Assembly (NCBI GenBank): GCA_965215015.1
Contig: OZ244042.1
Span: 4,224,001 to 4,288,000, forward strand
Source of the DNA: Candidatus Poribacteria bacterium
GTDB lineage: Bacteria > Poribacteria > WGA-4E > PCPOR2b
Direction of reading: 5' to 3'
Length of the DNA: 64,000 bases
Shown here: one piece after another, positions 39,591-48,334 of the stretch
Numbering within the stretch: the first letter of the stretch is position 1
Layout of the letters: each line of letters starts with the position of its first letter
Made by a program: the position numbers and the translations under genes
The notes under the pieces: model-generated
What the model was told of the DNA's origin: nothing
Databases searched by the model: none
What the model saw: the letters and a program-made list of their open reading frames with translations, nothing else

Positions 39591-39691
39591 TAAGACCGTA
39601 ACAGGATGTTCCTGTCTATTATCTTGAGGAGCGTTTGAAAGGAGAAGAAAAACAGAGGGTGGGTAATATCAAGTCTGTATTATGACGTGCC

Positions 39692-40342
39692 CTATCTCCT
39701 CAACTCTTGGGCGGCATCAGTTTTAAGGACTTTATAGCTACATATCGAATCCCCGGTGGGCATGTGGCATTCTCGCTCAACCGGGACATCAAGTAGCCGC
39801 TGCAACAGTGATAATTCGAGCTGGCAAAGTTGAGGATACTTTTTTGCGATGGATTCAAGGGCACAGTTGTGTTCTTTGAGGATGTAGGCATTTGGTGTTT
39901 CCGCGATCTCGACCTGATAGCCTTCTTCATCCAAAAACGCAGCAAGTACTTTAATCTTTTCAGCTAAACTCTTACCTGCGATAGCGTTGAGACACATCGC
40001 GATCTTCGCTTCCATCTGATATTCAAGAAGCTGGTTGACCTTTTCTGCGCCATCAATCACCACCAAGGCATCCAAAGTACCCAGCGCAAACCGCGGGTAA
40101 TCATTTGGAAATAGACTCTCCTTTGCCTCCGAGGTAAGTTTATATATGTAGACAGGTCTACCTCTGCTAATTTTTTCGCGATAGTGTTGAATATAGCCTT
40201 CCCGTTCCAAGATAGACAGATGCTGACGCACTGTCATGGAATGGAGGTCTAATTCCTTGGCAATTTCACCGGCTGTCATACCGTTGTTTTTTTTCAAAAG
40301 TTCGACGATTGCGCCGCGTGTGTCTTTGGGTACTGATTTCAT
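39692..40342 (-). CDS. SufR-like Fe-S-binding winged-helix transcriptional regulator
   Basis: HTH (TVRQHLSILE, RGRP...YKLT), FPNDY and C-terminal EHNC-x12-C-x2-E...C ligand pattern. Confidence 0.8.
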   Translation of the reverse strand: MKSVPKDTRGAIVELLKKNNGMTAGEIAKELDLHSMTVRQHLSILEREGYIQHYREKISRGRPVYIYKLTSEAKESLFPNDYPRFALGTLDALVVIDGAEKVNQLLEYQMEAKIAMCLNAIAGKSLAEKIKVLAAFLDEEGYQVEIAETPNAYILKEHNCALESIAKKYPQLCQLELSLLQRLLDVPVERECHMPTGDSICSYKVLKTDAAQELRR

Positions 40343-40479
40343 CGTTTCACCTTCCCCGTTTTGGTAGCGAACACGCCTTAACTCCCGCTCATTCCTATTT
40401 TCCCCAAGATTCCTTGATTAGACAAAGATTAGACAAAAATGTTAACTACTGAACCTTTTGCCGGTATAATGCTGCTGAA

Positions 40480-40566
40480 ATTATATCAGAAAAATAACAC
40501 ATTTACAAGTCAAAATATGTTTTTTAAGTTATTTACTTGACAAAACATAAAATATCGTGTTACTAT
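40480..40566. promoter_or_regulatory. Back-to-back divergent promoters
   Basis: Plus strand TTGACA(40537)-18 bp-TACTAT with a TG extension. Minus strand TTGTAA-17 bp-TATAAT. AT-rich, with a TATGTTTT/AAAACATA inverted pair. Confidence 0.6.
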
Positions 40567-40634
40567 TCCATCAATTCGATGCTAAACCTTGTTACAATAA
40601 GGTAGTTTAACAACTTTTTAGGAGAGCGAGGGAG

Positions 40635-41621
40635 ATGACAACAAGGGCAAATGAAACGGTCGGCGGAACGTTCAACCGAGACCTTGTTGAAGAGCCGATC
40701 AAAGGTACGGAGAGATATGAAGGCGACGCCGAGTGGGCAACACCGTCAGAGGAGGATGCGTCAATGCTGCATATTGATGCGTTAAGCACCTGGTTGCAGA
40801 CGGTTTCACAGCACGGGCTATTGTCTAGGGAGCAAGAGATAGAGCTTGCCAAGCGAATTGAACAGAATGATGAGAGTGCACGCGATGAGTTGGTCCAAGC
40901 GAATCTACGCTTAGTGGTTTCAGTCGCGATGAAGTATCAAGGGCATAATGTCCCCCTTGAAGATCTCATCCAAGAGGGAAATATTGGGTTGATGCGAGCA
41001 GCGAGTAAATTCGACTATCGGAAGGGATTTAAGTTTAGCACCTACGCCATTTGGTGGATTCGGCAGGCGATAATGAGGACGCTCGATAATTGTTCGCGCT
41101 CAATCCGGCTGCCCTCTTATGTCGTTGCGAAGGCGAGCAAATTTGATTCCGCTTATGCACACCTCAGTCAAGCCCTCCATCGTGAACCAACGATTGAGGA
41201 ACTATCGGAAGTGCTTGAGTTGACCGCTAAACAGATTGAAGATCTTTTGGTACTCAATTCCGGTACAGTATCGCTTGAGTTGCCGCTCAACGACGAAAAG
41301 AATGCAGCCACCTTGAGCGATCTGATCGAAGACCCCCAATCGAACCCAGAAGCCGGTCCGATTGCGGATTTGGTTAAAAGAGACTTAGTAGACACGCTCC
41401 TCAGTAAATTGAAAGCGAGAGAGCGGGAAGTGATTAAGATGCGCTATGGTCTTGAAGATGGTGAAGAAAAGACTTTGCGTGAAATTGGGGAGAAGATGGA
41501 GGTTACACGGGAACGGATTCGACAACTGGAGATTAAGGCACTAGCTCGTATAAAACGTCTGTACGACGAAGCGGGCGAACTTCAAATTCCGAAGGACGCG
41601 CCGAGCTGTCCGGCTGCGTAG
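40635..41621 (+). CDS. Alternative RNA polymerase sigma-70 factor (RpoD/RpoS-like, lacking region 1.1)
   Basis: LLSREQEIELAKRI, ANLRLVVSVA, DLIQEGNIGL, FSTYAIWWIRQ and TLREIG...TRERIRQLE. Confidence 0.9.
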   Translation: MTTRANETVGGTFNRDLVEEPIKGTERYEGDAEWATPSEEDASMLHIDALSTWLQTVSQHGLLSREQEIELAKRIEQNDESARDELVQANLRLVVSVAMKYQGHNVPLEDLIQEGNIGLMRAASKFDYRKGFKFSTYAIWWIRQAIMRTLDNCSRSIRLPSYVVAKASKFDSAYAHLSQALHREPTIEELSEVLELTAKQIEDLLVLNSGTVSLELPLNDEKNAATLSDLIEDPQSNPEAGPIADLVKRDLVDTLLSKLKAREREVIKMRYGLEDGEEKTLREIGEKMEVTRERIRQLEIKALARIKRLYDEAGELQIPKDAPSCPAA

Positions 41622-41646
41622 CATCCGCCAACACTAAGGAGACACA

Positions 41647-42279
41647 ATGAAGAATCTACTAAATAAATTAAAACCGAAACAACCCCAAACTGTAGAGGGT
41701 TCCGCACTGCTTACGGTTACTGAAGCCGCCAAGCAAAAGATTCAAGCGGTGATCGAAGACCAAGGGATGGAAGTTGAGGGGCTGCGCATCAGCATCAATG
41801 GACGCTCCGCATCAGCGTTTGAGTATGGGCTTGGGCTTGAAGTTGAACCTGCCCCCAATGATATCGTGGTTGACTGTGACGAATTTCAGGTTTTTATCAA
41901 TCCGGAAAGTGCTGAAAACCTAAAAGGGGCAACCGTCGATTACGTGGAAGACCTAAATTCGAGCGGTTTCAAGATTGATAACCCGAACGCACCGACATGG
42001 GATAATCCCAAAGCGCAAGCTATTCAACAGCTCATTGACGAGCGAATCAATCCTGCGGTCGCATCGCACGGTGGACACATCGATCTACTGGATGTTACAG
42101 ACGATTCCATCTACATCCACATGGGGGGCGGCTGCCAAGGGTGTGGCATGGCAAATGTCACCTTGAAGCACGGAATTGAGGGGATGATTCAAGAACATTT
42201 CCCCGAAATTAGGAATATTATTGATACCACCGACCACGCCGCCGGTGCAAACCCCTACTACCAACCGAGCAAGGGTTAA
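41647..42279 (+). CDS. nfuA: Fe-S cluster carrier NfuA (degenerate A-type domain plus NifU domain)
   Basis: VTEAAK...GFKIDNPN, INPAVASHGG, GGGCQGC and DTTDHAAGANPYY. Confidence 0.9.
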   Translation: MKNLLNKLKPKQPQTVEGSALLTVTEAAKQKIQAVIEDQGMEVEGLRISINGRSASAFEYGLGLEVEPAPNDIVVDCDEFQVFINPESAENLKGATVDYVEDLNSSGFKIDNPNAPTWDNPKAQAIQQLIDERINPAVASHGGHIDLLDVTDDSIYIHMGGGCQGCGMANVTLKHGIEGMIQEHFPEIRNIIDTTDHAAGANPYYQPSKG

Positions 42280-42289
42280 AAGCGAAAGG

Positions 42290-42378
42290 GGCATGTCAAA
42301 AGAAAGTGCTAAACGCTAGGAGTCCCCGAGTTTTTGCCAAAAACTCGGGGACTGTTGCACTATTTCTGAACATGAGCC
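42290..42378. repeat. MITE/REP-like element, family C, with internal hairpin
   Basis: Ends GGCATGTCAAAAGAAAGTGC / GCACTATTTCTGAACATGAGCC and core hairpin at 42321-42353. Related ends occur near 8376, 33140 and 53525. Confidence 0.5.
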
Positions 42379-42394
42379 AATCGAAAAAGTAAAG

Positions 42395-43906
42395 TTGATG
42401 ATGAAACATCCGGGAGCAATAGTACTCATTTCTTGTTACGAACTAGGGCATCAGCCGATCGGTCTTGCCTCCCCACTTGGGTTTCTTGAGCGCGCTGGAT
42501 ATGCGCCGAATGTGATGGACATTGCTGTTGAAACCCTAGATGTGGAAAAAGCTGCCCGTGCAGAGTTTGTTGGGATTTGCGTGCCGATGCACACCGCCCT
42601 CCGTCTAGGTGTCCATGTTGCAACCCGCCTCCGCAAAATTAACCCTACCTGCCATATCTGCTTCTACGGTCTCTATGCGTCACTGAACGCTGAATACCTG
42701 CTCAAACGTCACGCCGATTCAGTCATCGGGGGTGAATATGAGAAGCCATTGCTCGAATTGGTTGAGTCCTTTGCAAGTGGGAGTCGTATTGAGATACCAG
42801 GTGTCCTCCGAAGTGAGAGTGCCAAATTACTTCAGGATAACCCGCAATCCAGCCCCTTCCTGAGGCCTTCGCACTCTAGGGTAAGTGTGTATAAACCGCG
42901 CAGCAATCCGTCCAGCGAACCCCTCCCTGTACCGAGCCGGAAGCGGCTTCCGTTACTCGATAGATATGCACGCCTCGAACAAAATGGCGTAGCTCACCTG
43001 GCCGGTTATGTAGAGGCAAGCCGCGGATGCAAACACCTCTGTTTCCACTGCCCCATCCCTCCGGTGTATGAGGGCAACTTTTCCGTCGTGCCGCAAGAGG
43101 TTGTACTGGAGGATATTCGGGCTCAAGTTGATGCCGGTGCGGCTCACATCACATTCGGCGATCCTGATTTCCTTAACGGTCCCAAGCACGCGCTTAGGAT
43201 TGTTCAAGCCATGCACGAGGCGTTTCCGAACCTGACCTTTGACTGCACAACTAAAATTGAGCATCTCCTGAAGCACCGTTCTATCCTGCCTGAACTCCGC
43301 GACTGTGGCTGCATTTTTATTGTTTCCGCTGTTGAGTCGCTCAACGACACAGTACTTGAGAACCTCCAGAAAGGACATACACGCGCCGACGTTTTTGCTG
43401 TCATCGATCTTTTGAAAGAGGTTGGGATTGCGCTGCGCCCCTCGCTCGTTCCGTTCACGCCGTGGGAGACTCTCGATAGCTATCTGTATATCCTCAATTC
43501 CGTTGAAAGCAAAGAACTAATTGATTACATCGATCCCGTGCAGTACACGATTCGGTTGCTTATTCCGCCCGGTTCTTCCCTGCTACCCCAACTATCCATT
43601 CAACCCTACCTTGGAGCACTCAATCAGGAATCCTTCACCTACCGTTGGACACACCCCGATTCACGCATGGATGAACTCCACAAAGCAGTCAGTGTCACTG
43701 TAGAGAGCACATCACAGATTGGTGAGGATGCGTTTGTAACCTTTCATCGAGTGCGTAGCCTTGCGTATTCTGCAATCGGTAGAAAGGAATCTCCCATAGC
43801 GTTCCCACTAGATTTTGAATCTGACCGAAAACGACCGCCACGCCTGACTGAAGATTGGTTCTGCTGAGCGGAACCAACGCAGGGTCAGTTGGACTCGCTC
43901 AACTAA
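42395..43906 (+). CDS. CUAEP-tail radical SAM selenoprotein with N-terminal B12-binding-like domain (Sec at 43865-43867)
   Basis: SRGCKHLCFHC (CxxxCxxC). PRLTEDWFC-TGA-AEPTQGQLDSLN-TAA matches the CUAEP/CCAEP tail. Confidence 0.85.
43865..43901 (+). promoter_or_regulatory. Putative bacterial SECIS element
   Basis: TGAGCGG/TCGCTCA lower stem, CCAAC/GTTGG upper stem and G-rich loop GCAGGGTCA, starting at the UGA. Confidence 0.7.
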
Positions 43907-43912
43907 TGCGAT

Positions 43913-45202
43913 TTACACCATTAACTTCTCAATCTCATCAATTGTTTTCGGTACGGCCTCCGTTAGAACTTCGCAGCCGGACTCGGTGATTAGAATATTG
44001 TCCTCAATCCGTACTCCAATCCCCAGATACTCTGGTGGGACGTTTTCGCTGTCAGGAGCAATGTAGAGTCCCGGCTCGACAGTCATCACCATTCCCGGTT
44101 GGAAGGTTTTGTACTCCTCCCTTTCCCGTGTCTTCGCCACATCGTGAACCTCTACCCCTAGCATGTGCCCGACACTGTGCATGTAAAACCTTCGATGTTC
44201 CTGTTCCTCAATCAGCTCTTCCTTCTCTCCGACCAATAGCCCCAGTTTTAGCATCGCTTCAGTCAACATCTCCACTGCATTCTGAACGGGATCCCCAATC
44301 GAAACGCCGGGACCAATGCTTTCGATAATTTCACACTGGACATTGAGGACTGATTGGTAGACGGCACATTGCGCCTCCGTAAACTTCCCATTCGCAGGGA
44401 ATGTTCGGGTTATGTCACCACAATAGTATTGGTATTCACATCCCGCATCAATGAGTACCAAATCCCCATCTCCGATTTGGCAGTCGTTCGCCGTATAGTG
44501 CAGCGTCGTTGCATTTGCGCCCTTTGCTACAATCGTGAGGAATGCGGGACCTGTGCCGCCGTTTTTCCGATAAATTGAGTCTATTAGACTTTCCAATTCA
44601 TATTCGTACATGCCGGGGCGAACCGTCTGCATCGCTGCTGTATGTGCTTCAACACTGATGTCTACCGCTTTGCGAATCCGCCCGAGTTCCGTTTCATCTT
44701 TGAAGAGACGCATCTCGGCAAGGATGTGGGTGGGGTCAATTAAGACGGCCGGTCCCGTTCCTTCGCGCAAACGATGGCGTCTATATCCCTTGAGGAGTTC
44801 AATAATTTTTTGATTAAAGGCTTCGTCCGCGCCGAATCCGTAGTAGAGCCGCTCCGCTTTCCCAATATATTCAGAGATCTTTTCGTCAAACTCCTCAATG
44901 GGATAGGCTTCATCGGCACCGAAGCGTTCTTTTGCGCCCTCGACGCCGGCGCGCTTGCCTGTCCATACCTCCTGTTCAGGGGCGCGGGGACGCACGAATA
45001 AAACATACTGGTGCTCAGGGTGATCAGGGGCGATTACGCAAACCGACTCCGGCTCCTCGAAGCCGGTTAAATAGTAGAAATTAGCGTCCTGACGGTATCT
45101 ATATTCGGTCGAGTGTGTACGCATCGCCGGCAACGCGCTTGGAAAGATTGCAACACCTCCCACTATTTTTTCCATAAATGTTTTGCGTCTGTTTTCGTGC
45201 AT
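43913..45202 (-). CDS. pepP: Xaa-Pro aminopeptidase (M24B)
   Basis: YRQDANFYYLTGF, LHY, LIDAG...DITRT, HSVGHMLG.EVHD, TVEPGLY and GVRIEDN. Confidence 0.92.
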   Translation of the reverse strand: MHENRRKTFMEKIVGGVAIFPSALPAMRTHSTEYRYRQDANFYYLTGFEEPESVCVIAPDHPEHQYVLFVRPRAPEQEVWTGKRAGVEGAKERFGADEAYPIEEFDEKISEYIGKAERLYYGFGADEAFNQKIIELLKGYRRHRLREGTGPAVLIDPTHILAEMRLFKDETELGRIRKAVDISVEAHTAAMQTVRPGMYEYELESLIDSIYRKNGGTGPAFLTIVAKGANATTLHYTANDCQIGDGDLVLIDAGCEYQYYCGDITRTFPANGKFTEAQCAVYQSVLNVQCEIIESIGPGVSIGDPVQNAVEMLTEAMLKLGLLVGEKEELIEEQEHRRFYMHSVGHMLGVEVHDVAKTREREEYKTFQPGMVMTVEPGLYIAPDSENVPPEYLGIGVRIEDNILITESGCEVLTEAVPKTIDEIEKLMV

Positions 45203-45493
45203 ACTTGCTTTCTCCTTCTATCGATAACTATGATTAAGATTGATTGACATTATAGCACAACCCTCCAAGGGGTCGAATGAAAAAGAAAATGCAAAGATAG
45301 AAAACGGGAAAACAAGGGAAGAATCTTATCTCGTTTCCTTTTCTGTTTACTTCAGTGTCTTTTAACCCGAGTTACCATTTATTCAAAATCCATCAATTTT
45401 CCATTCAACCTGAAGAGTGCTGCTTTTCGCCCCAGAGGAAGGCAATGTGTATAGTGCGAACCGTTTTTATTTGGCCTATACTACATCTTTGCG

Positions 45494-45522
45494 TTGAAGG
45501 TTTTCGCTAGATTTGCTATAAT
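45494..45522 (+). promoter_or_regulatory. Putative sigma-70 promoter for pduO
   Basis: TTGAAG-17 bp-TATAAT with a TG extension. Confidence 0.55.
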
Positions 45523-45549
45523 GACCAAAAAAGGAGCGAAGGCTGGAGC

Positions 45550-46113
45550 ATGAAAATCTATACCAAAACTGGAGACACCGGTGAGACGAGACTTTACGGC
45601 GGGATAAGAGTTCCTAAAGACGCGATGCGCGTTGAGGCTTTCGGAACGGTTGATGAACTCAACGCCTGCATCGGGTTCGTGAGATCACAAATTCAGGACG
45701 AGGAACTCAACGCTATTCTTCATCGTACCCAAAACGAACTCTTTGATATCGGGGCAGATCTCGCAACGCTGGACGCACATCCGAAAACGGCGAGTCTCAG
45801 AATCCCACCAACCCTGAGGACAGAATTAGAAAGAGAGATTGACAGGTTGGAAGACCAACTCCCACCGTTGAAAAATTTTATTCTACCCGGTGGTTCGACC
45901 GGGGGTGCAGCAGTTCACCTTGCCCGAACCGTTTGCCGTCGTGCCGAGCGGTGTGTTGTCAGTCTCGCTAAGGCAGAAGTGGTGAATCCAGAGGTGCTTA
46001 TTTACCTGAACCGGCTATCCGATCTGCTATTCATGCTTGCCCGATTAGTCAATCACCGGTCCGGTGTACCGGAGCCGCTTTGGGAGTCACAAACGGGACG
46101 CACAAAATCTTAA
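45550..46113 (+). CDS. pduO: PduO-type ATP:cob(I)alamin adenosyltransferase
   Basis: KIYTKTGDTGET, GTVDELN, FILPGG, RTVCRRAER and YLNRLSD. Confidence 0.92.
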   Translation: MKIYTKTGDTGETRLYGGIRVPKDAMRVEAFGTVDELNACIGFVRSQIQDEELNAILHRTQNELFDIGADLATLDAHPKTASLRIPPTLRTELEREIDRLEDQLPPLKNFILPGGSTGGAAVHLARTVCRRAERCVVSLAKAEVVNPEVLIYLNRLSDLLFMLARLVNHRSGVPEPLWESQTGRTKS

Positions 46114-46302
46114 TAACCTTTGACGGAAGTTGGCGAGGAGATCGTTTCCACATCGTTTAGGAGCTCATTGGTTCAGGAGGGCATGTATGAACTAATGGAA
46201 CTAATGAACCAGTAGTTTTCACATTTCACTCACGGTTTGGATATTCTTAACCGATTAATCTTCAACTCCAAACTAAACTCATAACCTGATTAAGGAGCAA
46301 AC

Positions 46303-47439
46303 ATGAATAACTCCAAAATAGATCGTATTGAATGCGTACCGCTTATTGGCACACGTCCCCGAGAAGCGGGGTGTAATTCACGCTTGCAGGTACACGGACT
46401 GCATGTCAGACCTCCCATTGCGCGTATCACTACCAATGACGGTGCGACCGGTTTCGGTCTATCGCGTACGTCTGAGGAGGATGCCGCAGCACTCGTTGGT
46501 GCTCCTTTGAGCGAGGCGTTCGATCTGGAAAATGGTGTCAGTGAACGCTTCCGCGCGCTCGAATACCCACTATGGGATCTCGCTGGAAAACTTGCAGGCA
46601 AGCCGGTGTATGAAATACTCGGTGGGGAACCCGATGCGGATGGCGTTTTCCGCGCACGCTGTTACGATACGTCGCTATACATTGACGACCTGCATCTAGC
46701 AGATGACAACGAAGCCGCTACACTCATTGCCTCCGAAGCGTTAGAAGGAAAAGCGCGGGGACACAAAGCATACAAAATTAAGGTCGGGCGTGGTGCGATG
46801 CACATGCCGCTCCAGCAGGGAACACATCGCGACATCTTGGTGATTCGCGCTGTCCGGAATGCTGTCGGCCCCGATGCCACAATCCTGATTGATGCCAATA
46901 ACGGCTACAATCTGAACCTGACCAAGCAGGTGTTGGGTGAAACCGCTGAGGCAAAGGTGTATTGGATGGAGGAGGCTTTCCACGAGGATGGCAGCTTCTA
47001 CGCCAATCTGAAGGAGTGGCTCAATTCGGAGGGTATAGGGACGAAGATCGCTGATGGAGAGGGCGGTGCTTCGCTCAACCTGCTCCAGTGGGCGGAGGAG
47101 GGGTTAGTCGATATTATCCAGTACGACATCTTCCATCCCGGTTTCTCCCGTTGGCTGGAGCTGGGACCTCAACTCGACGAATGGAACGTCGGCTCCGCAC
47201 CCCATCATTACGGCGGGCATTACGGCAACTATGTGTCGTGCCACCTTTCTGCGGCAATCCAAGGGTTTGAGTTTGTCGAATGGGACGAAGCCGACACCCC
47301 CGGCTTGGACGGCTCCGGGTATTCAATCTCTGATGGTCTAGTCAACGTCCCCAAATCGCCCGGTTTCGGTCTCAATCTGGACGAGGAAATCTATGCCCGC
47401 GCCGTCAAAGAGAATGGGTTTGATGTTCGGGCGGCGTGA
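46303..47439 (+). CDS. Mandelate racemase/enolase superfamily protein
   Basis: LWDLAGK, KIKVG, IDANN, WMEE, ADGE, PHH and PGFG. Confidence 0.85.
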   Translation: MNNSKIDRIECVPLIGTRPREAGCNSRLQVHGLHVRPPIARITTNDGATGFGLSRTSEEDAAALVGAPLSEAFDLENGVSERFRALEYPLWDLAGKLAGKPVYEILGGEPDADGVFRARCYDTSLYIDDLHLADDNEAATLIASEALEGKARGHKAYKIKVGRGAMHMPLQQGTHRDILVIRAVRNAVGPDATILIDANNGYNLNLTKQVLGETAEAKVYWMEEAFHEDGSFYANLKEWLNSEGIGTKIADGEGGASLNLLQWAEEGLVDIIQYDIFHPGFSRWLELGPQLDEWNVGSAPHHYGGHYGNYVSCHLSAAIQGFEFVEWDEADTPGLDGSGYSISDGLVNVPKSPGFGLNLDEEIYARAVKENGFDVRAA

Positions 47440-47472
47440 TGTGTCATGTGAAAAAAGCAATGAGCGGCATTT

Positions 47473-47506
47473 CTAGTAGGGAACGCCAATTTGCATTCCC
47501 TACTAG
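47473..47506. repeat. GTAG-type REP-like hairpin
   Basis: CTAGTAGGGAA...TTCCCTACTAG. Related hairpins occur at 5731 and 31749. Confidence 0.5.
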
Positions 47507-47589
47507 TCTGCCGGCAGGTAGATAGAAGATTCAAAAATGTCACAACACTACTTAGTCTCCAAGGAAATTACCGTTGTGTAGGACAAAAC

Positions 47590-48315
47590 ATGAACACACC
47601 AGACCAATCCGAGTCCAAAAACGATTTAAATGCGGTTTTTGAAAAGATTCAAGAGATAGCAGCAAAATCAGACGATGGTGATTATATCTACCGCGGCGAA
47701 CCTAAACACTATCCAAAAGTCTCCTCAAGCCTTTGGCGTGAATGCAGGAAAACATTAAGTACGGAACAATTTAATATACAGGCTATCCAAGATCAAATGT
47801 TGGAGATGGTTAAAGGCTACACCCGCTATACCCCCGAAACAGACGCCTTTGAAATCTTAACCGAACTCCAACACTACGGCGGTCAAACCAACTTGATCGA
47901 CTTTACGACCGATTCTTTGATAGCCCTCTTCTTCGCCTGCGATGGCTCTCCTAAGACCCGCGGTAGGGTCATCTTGTTTCAAAAAACTGAAGAGAAAACC
48001 CAAAAATACGGAGTCAAGGAACCTCGGAATCCACAAACCCGTGTCATGGCACAGAAAAGTATATTCGTTCAACCACCCAAGGGCTTTATTGAACCTAAAC
48101 AATACAAAACAATCACGATCGCAAAAAGCTTTAAACAACCTATGCTAGACTATCTGCGCAAGCACCACGGCATATCTACTAGAACTATCTACAACGACCT
48201 TCATGGATTTATCAGAAATCAGAGCCTCCATCAGGAGACATATATAGCATTTTATAAAGGGGCGATGCAGCCGCGCGAGGCCGATTTAGGTTTTGATCAG
48301 ATGGATTCCCATTAA
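47590..48315 (+). CDS. FRG domain protein
   Basis: YIYRGE, LQHYGGQTNLIDFT, ALFFAC and RVMAQKSIF. Confidence 0.85.
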   Translation: MNTPDQSESKNDLNAVFEKIQEIAAKSDDGDYIYRGEPKHYPKVSSSLWRECRKTLSTEQFNIQAIQDQMLEMVKGYTRYTPETDAFEILTELQHYGGQTNLIDFTTDSLIALFFACDGSPKTRGRVILFQKTEEKTQKYGVKEPRNPQTRVMAQKSIFVQPPKGFIEPKQYKTITIAKSFKQPMLDYLRKHHGISTRTIYNDLHGFIRNQSLHQETYIAFYKGAMQPREADLGFDQMDSH

Positions 48316-48334
48316 CACAACGGAGGATTAAAGA

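Noticed and set aside
40635-41621. Calling the sigma factor the primary rpoD
   Set aside because: It lacks region 1.1, has a divergent region 1.2 (TWLQTV) and has no dnaG context.
45240-45490. Cobalamin riboswitch upstream of pduO
   Set aside because: No B12-box or conserved core is present, and the predicted promoter lies downstream of this region.
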